Made by a program: the position numbers and the translations under genes
Shown here: piece by piece, positions 23,831 through 34,640 of the stretch
Layout: each line of letters opens with the position of its first letter
How positions within the stretch are numbered: position 1 is the first letter of the stretch
The notes under the pieces: generated by a model
The model's input: only the letters and a program-made list of their open reading frames with translations
Databases searched by the model: none
Told to the model about the DNA's origin: nothing
DNA from: an uncultured Acidobacteriota bacterium
GTDB taxonomy: Bacteria > Acidobacteriota > UBA6911
Direction of reading: 5' to 3'
Assembly: GCA_963827655.1 (NCBI GenBank)
Contig: CAWHCF010000026.1
Span: 96,001 to 160,000 of the forward strand
DNA length: 64,000 bases

Positions 23831-24036
23831 TTAGCGTTTCTTCGAGTCTTCGCTTTTTGGGGCTGGCCCTTTCTGTCGCTCGAGATCTACCTGTTCGACG
23901 AGAAAGATCCTTCGTGAAGGACCGCGCGCGCTCGAACCATACGACTTCCCCGCTACTGCCGTAATTCGGGAGTATCTCCCCGGCTTTTCCATCTCCGTTG
24001 GTGTCGACGAGAAGGATCAGTTCATTAATTAAAACC
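23831..24036 (-). pseudogene. Decayed, internally deleted copy of the 3' part of the FG-GAP/VCBS gene at 49425..50606
   Basis: 23831-23908 aligns to 49425-49501 and 23909-24036 aligns to 50081-50207. Confidence 0.9.
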
Positions 24037-24091
24037 TCGCGTTACGATAGCGGAAGCGGGAGCGACCATCGTCCTGTCCAGGTCCGTGGAA

Positions 24092-24125
24092 GTGTGGATG
24101 GCTTCGTCAGCGAAGCCATCCACAC
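24092..24125. repeat. REP-like perfect hairpin GTGTGGATGGCTTCG-TCAG-CGAAGCCATCCACAC
   Basis: 15-bp stem; 23 nt of its reverse complement recur near 46578 and 48423. Confidence 0.8.
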
Positions 24126-24176
24126 ACCGGGCCCGAAAGGCTTCGGCAGACGAATTCGGCCGGGGGTGCACGAACG

Positions 24177-25145
24177 GTGGTTGCCATCGGGGACCACAAC
24201 GGCAACCACCACGATTCTGAGCGAGCGAACCGCGGGACCGCAACCGAAAGAGAAGCGGTGCGGAAAGTTCTGATACGTTACTCCTGTATTACATGCATCC
24301 GCGTGCCCCGAATAGGAGGACTGCATCCGGGCTTTTCCGTCTTCGCCGGCGATATCATTCCCACCGAAGACCGACAACGCCTCGAGCGCGTCGCGCGTTA
24401 CATCGCTCGCCCGGTGCTTGCGATCGACAGTATCCGCCAGCGCGAGGACGGCCGTCTCGAGATCCAAACGCCCCCGGATCCCCGCACCGGCGCCACGGTC
24501 CGCATCTTCGACCCGCTCGAATGGATCCATGCCGTCACGGCCTACATCCCCGATCGCGGCCAACATCAGGTGCGGTACTATGGGGCCCTGTCAAACCGGG
24601 CGCGCGTCACGATAGCGGGGCTCAACGACCCGAGCTGCCGCCCGTCCGGGGTGCAGCAGCAGGGAGATGAGGGGGAAATCGACTCCAACCGCGCGCGGAG
24701 GGCTTCCTGGGCGCGCTTGCTCCGTAAGATCTTCGAGGTGGACCCTCTTCTGTGTACCTGCGGAGCGCAGATGAAAATCGTCTCCTTCATCACCGAACCC
24801 CGTGTCGTCGACCGGATTCTGAGGCACCTAGCGAGCGAAGCCTGCAAGGCGCGCGATCCGTTCGAGCCCCGGGCTCCGCCCGCGGCGGCAAGCCCTTCGC
24901 CCACCTAACCGGACCACGCCACACCTCGTCCTTCAGCCATAGCCACCGCACACCTTGTGGATACCCGTCTGCCCTGAATCCGGTCACCACCAGACGACCG
25001 TAGCCTTCCCAATGTCCGTGAATGACCTACCAACCCCCTTCCCCTTGACCTGGAGCCGTCAACTTCCGAACAGACCTGCCAACCACTCGCTCGCGCCGGA
25101 ATTGGGCTTGCCTCTCCAACCCTCTCGAGATAGAAATCCTTATAC
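24177..25145 (+). mobile_element. IS91/ISCR-family (Y2 HUH) transposase 3' remnant with oriIS-like end
   Basis: GFSV, LERVARYIARP, PLEWI, QVRYYG, WARLLRKIFEVDPL-C; downstream TAGAAATCCTTATAC (25131-25145) resembles ISCR oriIS ends. Confidence 0.85.
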
Positions 25146-25312
25146 ATTTCAGGGGCTTAAGACAGAAAGAACTGCCGCCGGTAAACAGCCGGTGAAGCCA
25201 CCGCGTGGTGAGGAACTCGCAGGGACGCCGGCAGTTGACATAACACCCATCAACTCGGAAATTGGGAGCGCCCTCATAGCCGGGCTGCAAACCAAAAACG
25301 CGGCTAGTTAAG

Positions 25313-25548
25313 TTAGCGCTCCCACAGTGGTAGCTGCGACGAGTGGGAAAACCTCGATAACCTCGACTGATTCCCCGTGCACTCGATACACGATTCGGCA
25401 AGGCGCCTCCACTACTTCACGAACACCGGTCCGTCCGCGTTTAAGGATCCGATCGATCATACGGGTACCAGGCTTCTGAGTTGATCGAAATGTGTCTGTG
25501 GATATCGGCGAGGGATCTCAGTGCCCGGTTTGACCAGACAACCCTCAT
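25313..25548 (-). pseudogene. ParE/RelE-family toxin, frameshifted and internally deleted
   Basis: MRVVWSNRALRSLADIHRHI then, in another frame, MIDRILKR..REVVEAPCRIVYRV..VEVIEVF; ATGA overlap with the upstream antitoxin. Confidence 0.75.
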
Positions 25549-25736
25549 TTCGGGATTCGGAGCGTGTCTCGGATCTCGTCACTAGTCCATGTGATACCGG
25601 CGTCCAGATCGGCGATTCCTTCCTCGACGCGCTGCCGCTCAATTACCAGTCGCGCGAAGTCGGCCCAAGTCGCATCTTCTGGCAGCTCATCGACAAGCCG
25701 CATGACCTCTTCCTTAATCTGCTTGATCCCAGCCAT
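25545..25736 (-). CDS. Addiction-module antitoxin
   Basis: IKEEVMRLVDELPEDATW..VEEGIADLDAG, acidic 63 aa directly upstream of the parE remnant. Confidence 0.75.
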   Translation of the reverse strand: MAGIKQIKEEVMRLVDELPEDATWADFARLVIERQRVEEGIADLDAGITWTSDEIRDTLRIPK

Positions 25737-26260
25737 TCGTCCTTACCCCGGGGCATTCGATCGCAATCCCAATCCGATTCTTCGAAGGGCGGCCCAATGC
25801 CAAGGATCGACACCTTGAAAGTCCTTCCGGAGCCTCGTTTCGCGCCACAGTTCCAACTGATAGACGTCTTTAGCGTTCCGGGCCAGTCGATCCCGACCGT
25901 TTGCTTGTTTACTGCCATCATGGCCTGATTCTGCCAACTTCGTCGGGAATTTAAGTAGCAGTATTTAACCAATAAAATGGTCATAAACTCAGTTGCTGGC
26001 CGTATGGCTAATGGGATAGCCTCAGCCCAATCCCCCTGTAACGCCATCGCTCGCCATCACTCGCCTACGGACAAGAAGATTTCGTCGTCTCGCGCAGGTA
26101 GCGAAGATTACAAGGATTGGGTCTTAATTCAGAGGGGCTGAATATGAAAAGCTGGACGTCAGTCTGCCCCGATACCAACGGAGCAACGCATTCGCTGCAA
26201 GCGATGTAGCTTCCCAAGCCATCGCAGGACCAGCTTTTTGTTTTGAATGTTTCAGCGATT

Positions 26261-26274
26261 GGTGAAATTTCACC
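26261..26274. promoter_or_regulatory. Perfect palindrome GGTGAAATTTCACC upstream of the peroxidase gene
   Basis: 14-bp palindrome ending ~40 bp before the ATG at 26313 (RBS GGAGAGG). Confidence 0.4.
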
Positions 26275-26312
26275 CGGCGTTGACACGCGCTGGGATTAAT
26301 CCGGAGAGGATC

Positions 26313-29300
26313 ATGAAAGAAGATCAACCGAGATTGAGATGGTCGGACAAAAGCTTGGTCGCACTGGCCGTGTTGGTGATGTTCATAGTTCAGCTAACCG
26401 TGATGGCGCAGGTTCCGGGACCGGTTATTATACCACCCAACATCGTTAACAACTCCGGGTTGATCCCCTTCGACCAGGGTTTTTTTGCCTTCGAAGTGGA
26501 GAGTCCACTGGATTCGTTGAAAGGCGTTCCCATCTGGGACGAGCTCGAGCAGATGCTGGACGACCCGTACGCCTTCGTGCTCGATCCGACCGTGAGGGGG
26601 AACGCGCAGGGCTGGCCGTCCTACCGCTTGACCCAGCCGCGCCGCCGGTCCTTCATCTACCGGGACGGGGCGGGCCAACCGTGCGCGCCCGGCAGTTCGG
26701 GCTGCGGCGAGGTGCTGCTGCCCGGCCACTTGATCCATCCGCTGAACTACAACCATTCCACCGGTGAAGAGCTGCGCCTGCTGAGCATCGAGTTCGAGGG
26801 AGCGTCCGTGGCGAGGTTCGCGGATCAACTCCTCCCAAACCCCGTGCCGGGGCAGGGTATGCATTCACCTATCGCAACATCGTCGTCTCTCCGGGCGAGG
26901 ACGACTTGAGGAGGACGAGGCGGCGGTCAACTTCAACAGCCCAATTGCAGCCGGATACCCCGACTCTGTATCAGCTCAGCGTGGACCAGTTCTTTTCCCC
27001 TGGCCCTTTTCCATTCTCCCCGGGCACGGTCGCCCTTCCAGAGGGCACGTGGTCTGCGGAGGCGATCCGGGCGAACCGGGCTATCCTGGATTCGGAGTCG
27101 TGGCACAACACGCCGGCCAGGAGAAGACAGTATTCGACTGCCCGCCGTCCCTGCGATACCGGCGTCTCCCGGAAACCCGCCATTCCCACGAGCGCCCGAC
27201 TCTACGATCAGGCGAGGTCTTCGATCCGGCGCGCGCCGGATTCGATCCAGCCGCGCAACGCTGACGGCGCCGACGGGGCTACGAAAGCCTTCGCTGAGGG
27301 TGCCGACCGCATGGAACTCCGGCTAACCCGGGTTACGACGTCAACTCGGCGGCCAACCTCGCTGCCGATCCCGCTGCCTTGGAGCCTTCGAATGAGAACG
27401 ATTACTACCGCGGGGCTACGCGTGCGGAGAAGGTGGCCGCAAGGGCGGCGGCGGCGGCGTTGGGCAAGGCCTTGTTCTGGGATATGCAGGTGGGCAGCGA
27501 CACGGTCCAGGCCTGCGGCTCGTGCCACTTCCACGCCGGCGCCGACAACCGGACCAAGAACCAGACCAACCCCAACCACGTCGGAGCGGGACCTCACCTT
27601 GCAGCTCCACGGAGGTGTTCAGAACACGAACCTGGTGGCGACCGACTTTCCCTTCCAGAAGGTACAGGACACTTCGAATGGTCCCGGAAACGGCTTCGGC
27701 AACGTCAACGACGTAGCGTCCTCGATGGGCGTGCGATTCCGCCGGTTCGTCGACATTCCAACACCCGAGCGGTGGCGTTCGGTCCGCCCGACGCGTTTGG
27801 TGTAAGGACACTGCTGCCGGACATCGGCGAGCGACCCGCCTGGCGGGCAGGAAGCCGACCCGATTCCGCTCTTCCAGGGACTGCGCCGGGTCGAGCCGCG
27901 CAACACCCCCACGCTGTTCAACGCGGCAATGAACTTCGACAACTTCTGGGATGGCCGTGCGCGTCACGACTTCAACGGCGGCAGCGTGTTTGGCCCCTCC
28001 GACCCGCAGCGCCACGTCATGGTCGCCGGAGCGTCAGCCGGGAAACATCGTGGCCACCCGGCAAATCATCCGGTTCGTCAGCCTGGCTTCGCTGTCGACA
28101 GGGCCGGCGCTGAGCGACTTCGAGATGTCCTTCGAAGGACGCAACTGGGCCAAGCTCGGCAAGAAGCTCCTCCAGGGCATCCGGGGTCCCGGCAGCGTGA
28201 CGCCCCTGGCCAACCAATTGGTGTCTCCGACCGACAGCGTGATGGGTCATCTACTCCAACCAGGGTGGTTCGGCTTGTGCAGGTCTGCCGGCCGCGGATC
28301 GTTCTCCCGGGCACGACGGCAGCCGGGCAAGCCCGGGCTTGTGCATCAACTACGCCGGCCTGATCCGCAGGGCCTTTTACCCGCACACTCTGGCAGAACA
28401 CGGACAGGCATCTCAACGGGTGCTACACCGACGGCCTCGTCGCAATCCATCCCAATCAGTGTGCCGCGGGCAGCGTTGATATCCCGGTCCTCAACCCGGC
28501 TGGCACGGCGGTCATCGAGAGCCCTGCTGACCCGTTCGACAACTACGTTCTCACCATTGCCTCAGGCCCCGCTAGTCCGACCAACACCAACCAGTTCACC
28601 CAGATGGAAGCCAACATGTCCCTCTTCTTCGGGCTGTCGATACACGCCTGGGGCACGATCCTGATCCCGGATGACAGTCCCTTTGACCGGTTCATGGACG
28701 CGAATCCCGATTCGTTCTTGACGTTCGGAGAGTCCGGCGAACCGGGGATCGCTACCGATCTGCGCAATTGCTCACGAACACAGGCGGGGTGCAACCCTGC
28801 TTCACCGAGGTCGGGAACTTCAAGCGCGATCCGGGCGTGATCGCCAGGATCAACTGCCCGATCGAGGGAGGCTGGAGGTTGCACGTCGGTGCCCGCCGGC
28901 GGCACCCGCGGTTCGCGGCGCGGCAGCTCGGCGGATCCCTTGATGGGTCTAGACTTCTTCCTGGGATCCAACCTGTCGCTCAAGAATCCCAATTTCCGGT
29001 CTCTCCGCTGCGGTGAGTGCCATGCCGGCGGGACCTTGACCGACTATACCTTTGAGATCAGTCACCAGGTGAGCTTTGGCGACAGGATCCAGGAGTTCCG
29101 CACGGGTCAACCGGGGATGGAGTTCTTTCCGGAGGCCTTGGGTCGAGGCCGGGTCATTTCCGGCTTCCTGCTCGAGGGCGAGCTTCAGGAGAACGCCCAG
29201 GACGGGATAGAGCGCAACGTCGCAGACTTCTGCGCCGTAGCACCATGTACGTCGACACCCTGCACACACACCAGCGAACGGGTTTCCCCAGGGCCAGGCC

Positions 29301-30431
29301 CTGTTCGACAACGGGATGTACAACATCGGTGTGACACCCATTGCGAACGACGTCATGCGCGGAGGCAAAGACCCGTTCGGCTGGCCGCTCTCGCTGTCTT
29401 ACCTCGCCCTGAAAAACCTCTGTGGCGTGGGCTACAGCCCAGGTGGGGATGATCCGATGAACGGCTTCGCCCAGCCTCCCTTTCCTGGGATTCCCTGTGC
29501 TCTCTTCGAGCCCGACCCGAAGAAGATCAATCCCCTTACGGGAGAGGAAGGTGACCCGACTGGTGGCGGATTGTTCGAGCACACTGCCCAGGACCAGCAG
29601 ATCAACCCGGGCTTTGGGGAAGAGCCGGCAGCGTCCGCAGCTGCCTCCGTACCTGGCGAAGTGGGCGAGCAACATCCCTGTCGGCGACGAGTCGAACATC
29701 GACGAAGTGTTCTTCGGCCTCAACACGGTCATGAGGGAGCCGATGCTGGAAGGATTCGTCGATATGTTGGGGCCTTTCAATCCCGCGGCCATCATCGGCG
29801 AGGCCTTCAACAATGCTAGACAACCGGAGATGGCCACTTGGCCCAACGTCAACCGCGTGAACACGCAGGGCGGTGTCAAGGCGCCCCCGCTGCGCCACGT
29901 AGCAGAAACCGGTCCCTTACTTCCACAACGGCGGCAAGTTGACCCTGCGCCAGGTGCTGGACTTCTACACGCAGGGGCGGCGACTTCCCCGAAGACCAAC
30001 TCCGCGCACCGGGACTTCCTCATCATGAACCTGCTGGATGGAGGACGAGGCCCTGGGAGGCGTGGATCCGGTCACCGGTCTAACCGGAATTCACCGCCGC
30101 CCAGAAAGAGGAGATCATCGTCTCCGTGATCGACTTCCTCCTCGAACTCACCGACGAGCGGGTGGACTTCCAGCGCGCGCCCTTCGACCAGCCCGAGATC
30201 TTCGTGCCTGAGGATGGTCGGGCTCCGGACAATGGCTCTCTCGGTATGGTCAGCGCCGGTCGGGGGGGCTTCCTGGCCAATCTGGCCAACGGCATGTTCC
30301 GCCAAGTTCCAGCGACGGGCGCGGGGGGCGCCGCAACTGGGACCCCGAACTTTCTGGGGATCTCGAATGGCCCCCGCCTGCTCGGAGGCGCCGCGACTTG
30401 TGCCACCGTGAACAATCACTACTGTCGCTAG
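26313..30431 (+). CDS. Very large secreted di-haem cytochrome c peroxidase/MauG-superfamily protein (many frameshifts)
   Basis: Pieces across frames: LGKALFWDMQVGSD..QACGSCHFHAGAD, RRVEPRNTPT, NFWDGRA, LRCGECHAG, YNIGVTP, KAPPLRHVAETGP, LTDERV..RAPFDQPE. Confidence 0.8.
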
Positions 30432-30504
30432 GGACGCTCTTTCCTGCTCATCCCTCCCGAAGATCCCCAAGAGGGGATGAGCAGGAGTTCTTTCGGAGAA
30501 AAAC

Positions 30505-31635
30505 ATGATAAACAGAAACGGCAGTTTTGTTGTATTCGCCGGCATTTTTTCGATCCTGACGGTTGGCTTTGTCATCAAAGGACAACAACGGACTGCCGAC
30601 GCGCAGGACGAACTGATCCTCCAGGATCCGAAAGCGAAATACAGCTACGCGGTGGGCCTGCAATGGGGCAACAATCTGAAGGGACAGTCGCTGCTTCTGG
30701 ATGCCGAGCTCGTCTCTCGGGGGCTGAAGGACGCCCTGACGGGAGCCAAGAGCCTCCTGACGGAAGCCGAGATGAAAGCCGCCCTGGACGTGCTCCGGGC
30801 CGACTTCCAGATGAAACAGGTGGAGGCGCTCAAGCAGGTGGGGGAGAAGAACAAGAAGGAGGGCGAGGCCTTCCTGGCCGACAACAAGACGAAGGAGGGT
30901 GTCATCACCCTGAAAAGCGGTCTCCAGTACAAGATCCTGAAGGCTGGTGACGGAAAAAAGCCCAAGGCGGACGACACGATTGTTAGCCACTACCGTGGCA
31001 CCGTGCTCGACGGCACGGAGTTCAGCAGCTCCTCCGCCAACCAGCCGCTCACGTTTTCCCTCAAGCACCTCATCGCAGGCTGGCGCGAGGCCCTTCAGCT
31101 CATGCCCGTTGGATCCAAGTGGCAGCTCTTCATTCCCCCAAGCCTCGCCTACGGTGAGAGCGGCCTGCGCGGGGCGGGGGCCAGTAGAATCGGGCCGAAC
31201 GCCACGCTCATCTATGAGGTGGAGCTGCTGGCCATTCGAGACACCGCACCTGATGGCGCTCCGGCCACAGCCGACCAAGGCGTTTCGGCGTTAGCGGTTT
31301 CCTTCAAACTGGATCCGCGGCTCACGAAGGGCCTCTATATGGGAGAGCGCTGGGTTTCGCCACCCACCTATACAACCACTCTGGACACCGTGGAAGCCAA
31401 AGTCGCACGTGTTGGTTCGAATGGAAGGGTAGAGAACATCAGTGCCAAATGGATCCCATCCGATACCGAGATGGTGACGGTATCGCCCAGCGAAGGCAAT
31501 GAAGTCAAAATCACGGTAAAGCGCCCTGGCGAGACCACCCTGCATGTGACGTCCGATGGTGTTACAAAGGAGCTATCTCTCAAGGCGGCACTCCAGAACG
31601 ACGTCATGCAGGTGGAGATCACCCCGCGCCCATGA
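30505..31635 (+). CDS. FKBP-type peptidyl-prolyl isomerase (FkpA/Mip-like) with an extra C-terminal domain
   Basis: SYAVG, SGLQY, HYRGT, IAGWREAL, FIPPSLAYG, then a SFKLDPRLTKGLYMGERWVSPP beta-rich tail. Confidence 0.9.
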   Translation: MINRNGSFVVFAGIFSILTVGFVIKGQQRTADAQDELILQDPKAKYSYAVGLQWGNNLKGQSLLLDAELVSRGLKDALTGAKSLLTEAEMKAALDVLRADFQMKQVEALKQVGEKNKKEGEAFLADNKTKEGVITLKSGLQYKILKAGDGKKPKADDTIVSHYRGTVLDGTEFSSSSANQPLTFSLKHLIAGWREALQLMPVGSKWQLFIPPSLAYGESGLRGAGASRIGPNATLIYEVELLAIRDTAPDGAPATADQGVSALAVSFKLDPRLTKGLYMGERWVSPPTYTTTLDTVEAKVARVGSNGRVENISAKWIPSDTEMVTVSPSEGNEVKITVKRPGETTLHVTSDGVTKELSLKAALQNDVMQVEITPRP

Positions 31636-31734
31636 AGGCAGCCTCGGCTCCACGTGCCAGCCTTCACTTGATCTCCCTTCACTTGATCTCCCTCCGCTGC
31701 TGCTCGTCCGCTTTCGGCCAGTACGTGTCCAGAT

Positions 31735-31994
31735 GGATCACCATCTCCATTCGCGGAACGGCTCGTTGGAAGTATTCGCCGAGAATGCCTCAATCGCGTG
31801 ATCGTGCTGAGAGAGCGGCATCTGAAATGGATTTTGCAAAGATACTTCTGCTATTACCTCAACTCGAGAACGCATTTGTCCTTGGAAAAGGACGCACCGA
31901 ATCCTCGGGCCATTCAATCACCGGAACGCGAAATATCGTTGAGATCCCTGAAGTCGGTGGCCTGCACCATCGCTACGAACGGCGCGCAGCCTGA
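31735..31994 (+). pseudogene. IS integrase-core (rve) 3' remnant
   Basis: SIRRECLNRVIVLRERHLKWIL..YY..RTHLSLEKD and VGGLHHRYERRAA. Confidence 0.8.
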
Positions 31995-32136
31995 TCGGAA
32001 TTGCGACCATGAGGTGAGACGCTCCGCGGGAACCTACAGTAGAAGCCTTTGCATGTTCCAGATCACTTGAGAAACATTACGCCAAAGTCCGATCTCAAAA
32101 TCACGACAGGTTTGGGGAACGCCTAGTCAAAAAAAC

Positions 32137-32574
32137 TTACGCTACCGCCCTCGCTGAACTCTTCGACGCACCCAGTTCGGCGGCAATCTCGCGAATCGTC
32201 TTCCCCTCGCCCTGAAGCTGACGTGCCTTCTCGCGATCGAAAATCGCCTTCGGCCGGCCGAGTTGCTTTTTCTGTCTGCGCGCCCGGTACAACCCCATGT
32301 TGATGCGCTCGACAATCAGCCTGCGTTCCAACTCCGCCACGGCGCCTAAGACCGTTAAGACGAGCTTCCCCATTGGCGTGCTGGTATCGATGGACTCATT
32401 TAGCGAGATGAAGTGAATCCCAAGGCTGTTGAATTCCTCCAACGCCAGCACCAGGTGCTTCACGCTACGGGCAAACCTATCAAAACGCGCCACAACCACC
32501 CCGTCAAACTTCCTAGCCCGGGCGTCCTTCATTAGGGCGTCCAGTCGCGGGCGGCTGTCCTTCGTCGCTGTCAT
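32137..32574 (-). pseudogene. Small serine resolvase, 5'-truncated
   Basis: RPRL, FDRFARS, DTSTPMG, AELER, GRP, C-terminal HTH; the catalytic N-terminus is missing. Confidence 0.85.
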
Positions 32575-32659
32575 CCCGTTCTGTTCAAAAATACGATTCG
32601 GCTAGACAAGGTCGCCAGCGGTGCAGTGCAACCGCGCTTCCTCACGCTACAAGCGATCT

Positions 32660-33421
32660 AAAATCTGTCGCGACGATGCGTGGAGCGCTGTCTTCCGGGA
32701 AGGCTTCAATGATTTGCTGTGCGGCCCAAGATGCCGTCGGGTGTTCCGTGACATTGAAATGAACGACGCGGCGACGGTCGTGTGCCAGAATGACAAGAAC
32801 ATACAGCACGCGCAATCGAATCGTCGCCACCGTAAAGAAATCAATGGAGACCATTTGAGCCACGTGATTGCTCAGAAATGTCATCCAATTCTGCATGGGC
32901 TGCTTCTCTCTTCTGGGCAACCATCGTGAAACCGTTCGCTCCGAAATATTGAAGCCGAGCTTCAGTAGTTCTCCATGCACCCTCGGCGCGCCCCACAATG
33001 GATTCTCCGACGCCATGGTTCGGACCAGCCGGCGAATCTTCGAAGCTACCGGTGGTCGCCCTGGCGTTTCGGCTGCGACAATTTCCACCAATAACGTTTG
33101 AACCGGTTGCGGTGTCATGCAATCACGGTTTCCGGCCGCACGATGACCAAAGCGGACTTCCAATCCTTCCAGATCGTCCTTAGAACGCCCCAAACAGTCG
33201 ATCATTGCGGCGCAGTTTCGGTCGTTTCAGCTCCCGCTTGAAGACGGCCAACCGCTGGCGGAGTGCGGCATTTTCCAGGGCGACCTGTTGATGCCCACCG
33301 AACACCAGAAAGAGGAACCGAACGGCGGCGAAAACCGCATTCAACATGAGTTCAGGAATCTGCCGCCATATCGCGCAAAATGCAACTACTTAACCGGCGC
33401 ATGAAGTTTTGGCGAAGGACA
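32660..33421 (-). mobile_element. IS integrase-core (rve) element, 5' remnant
   Basis: GRPP..ENPLWGAPRVHGELLKLG, WMTFL, DFFTV, HFNVTEHPT; putative terminus TGTCCTTCGCCAAAAC. Confidence 0.8.
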
Positions 33422-33545
33422 ACGGCATTTCGCGTTGAGACTTCCGCGCAAGCCGAACGCGATGCGAATCAATCTTAGAATGGCTTCTCGCCGGAGGGAC
33501 GGGACGGGCCGGCATTGATTGGTTTCTTCGAACTTAAAGAATAAA

Positions 33546-34167
33546 GAATAGGAAATCGCTTTTCGGTGCCGGTGGGAGAATAGCTTAGGTTGGGCCCGTA
33601 GGATCTGGTGAAATGTCTCGGCGGGCTGGGTGAGAGGCCTGTTTGGGAGGGCGATAGGAGTGGGACGAGGGTGGAAGAGCGAGCTTGGGGCTTGAGGGTA
33701 ACTCCTCCGTCCCCATTCGAGTGCTCGACAGGGCACACCTTCCCTCGGTGGCGCTGGCCACGCCACGTGGTTGCTCGGAACAGGAGGCACCGGGAGCTTC
33801 ATCCGATCCGGTGGAACGGCGGGAGGGGATCGTCCCAGGCGGGGAAATCGACGTCATAGTGTAGAATTCTCGGAGGCGGAGTGGGGGGTGGGCGCTCGGG
33901 TTGATCCCAGAGCTTGAGGTGGCGCAGAATTCTTTCGATCACGGCAGGGTTTTCGATCAGGCTGATGATCTTCATGGGGCGCCCGCAGCGCGTGCAGGTC
34001 AACGGGTCGGCCTCATATACCTTCTTAATCAAGCGCGCCCAGGAACTCCTCATCCCGTGTGCAGCATCATCGTCCGCATCGCCCGAGGTCATCGGTCGCG
34101 GAGGGGCTGTTGTTTGTCAGGCGCGGCGGACGTTGGAAAACGCGCCGTAGTACCTGATGAGCTGTTC
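33546..34167 (-). mobile_element. IS91/ISCR-family transposase 3' remnant with oriIS-like end, cut by serine recombinase element 1
   Basis: FEQLIRYYGAFSNVRR, SWARLIKKVYEADPLTCTRCG..MKIISLI; AAAAGCGATTTCCTATTC end. Confidence 0.85.
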
Positions 34168-34597
34168 AAATACCCATCATAATGCCCATGTTCATGGGAT
34201 AGAGATCACCTATCCATATCATCCGCAGTGTGGCACCGAAGTGGTTGTGCTTCAGCGGCGCAAGCGCTTTGGTGAGGAAGTGTATGAGGTCATCGATGTA
34301 CATGGGGGCCACGGCGGAATTCCTGCATGGATGACAGAGCCCCGCTGGCGAGAACTCCAGGTTGCATCTCGGCCGAGAGTTTCCAGGGCTGTTCTTAATT
34401 TACTTCGTGGATTGCTTAATGCGCTGAACTCCGGTTCGAATGGGAGCGAACAACTTTCATTCGAAGGAGGGGGCGATGAAGGGAGCGAAGCAACGCGCGC
34501 TGCCACCGCACCAGACGGATTACAGGAAGAGAATCAGAGAAGAGAGACGGCCGGAACTGGTGCGCTTGCTGGCGGAACTTCTGATACAGGCATTTAA
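34157..34597 (+). CDS. Element 1 ORF1 (DUF5372/Y4bD-like), start uncertain
   Basis: ITYPYHP..G..V and IPAWMT motifs; the called ATG lies inside the flanking IS91 remnant. Confidence 0.6.
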   Translation: MSCSNTHHNAHVHGIEITYPYHPQCGTEVVVLQRRKRFGEEVYEVIDVHGGHGGIPAWMTEPRWRELQVASRPRVSRAVLNLLRGLLNALNSGSNGSEQLSFEGGGDEGSEATRAATAPDGLQEENQRRETAGTGALAGGTSDTGI

Positions 34598-34640
34598 GAG
34601 TGAAGCCGCCAGGCAAGGAGGTGCACTATGGAAAAGATAA
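34476..34640 (+). CDS. Element 1 ORF2, small helical protein
   Basis: Strong RBS AAGGAGG, RPELVRLLAELL, overlaps the LSR start. Confidence 0.55.
   Translation: MKGAKQRALPPHQTDYRKRIREERRPELVRLLAELLIQAFKSEAARQGGALWKR

Noticed and set aside
25230-25320. Confident integron attC site
   Set aside because: The candidate R boxes are not complementary and no integron integrase is present; kept only as a low-weight idea
25150-25420. tmRNA or c-di-GMP riboswitch
   Set aside because: No tRNA-like termini or valid tag peptide; consensus motifs absent; the 3' part is the parE remnant
31661-31693. 15-bp tandem duplication CCTTCACTTGATCTC x2
   Set aside because: Two copies at an IS junction; probably a slippage scar
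32621-33350. Plus-strand ORFs opposite the rve integrase remnant
   Set aside because: Antisense frames of an IS fragment with no independent evidence
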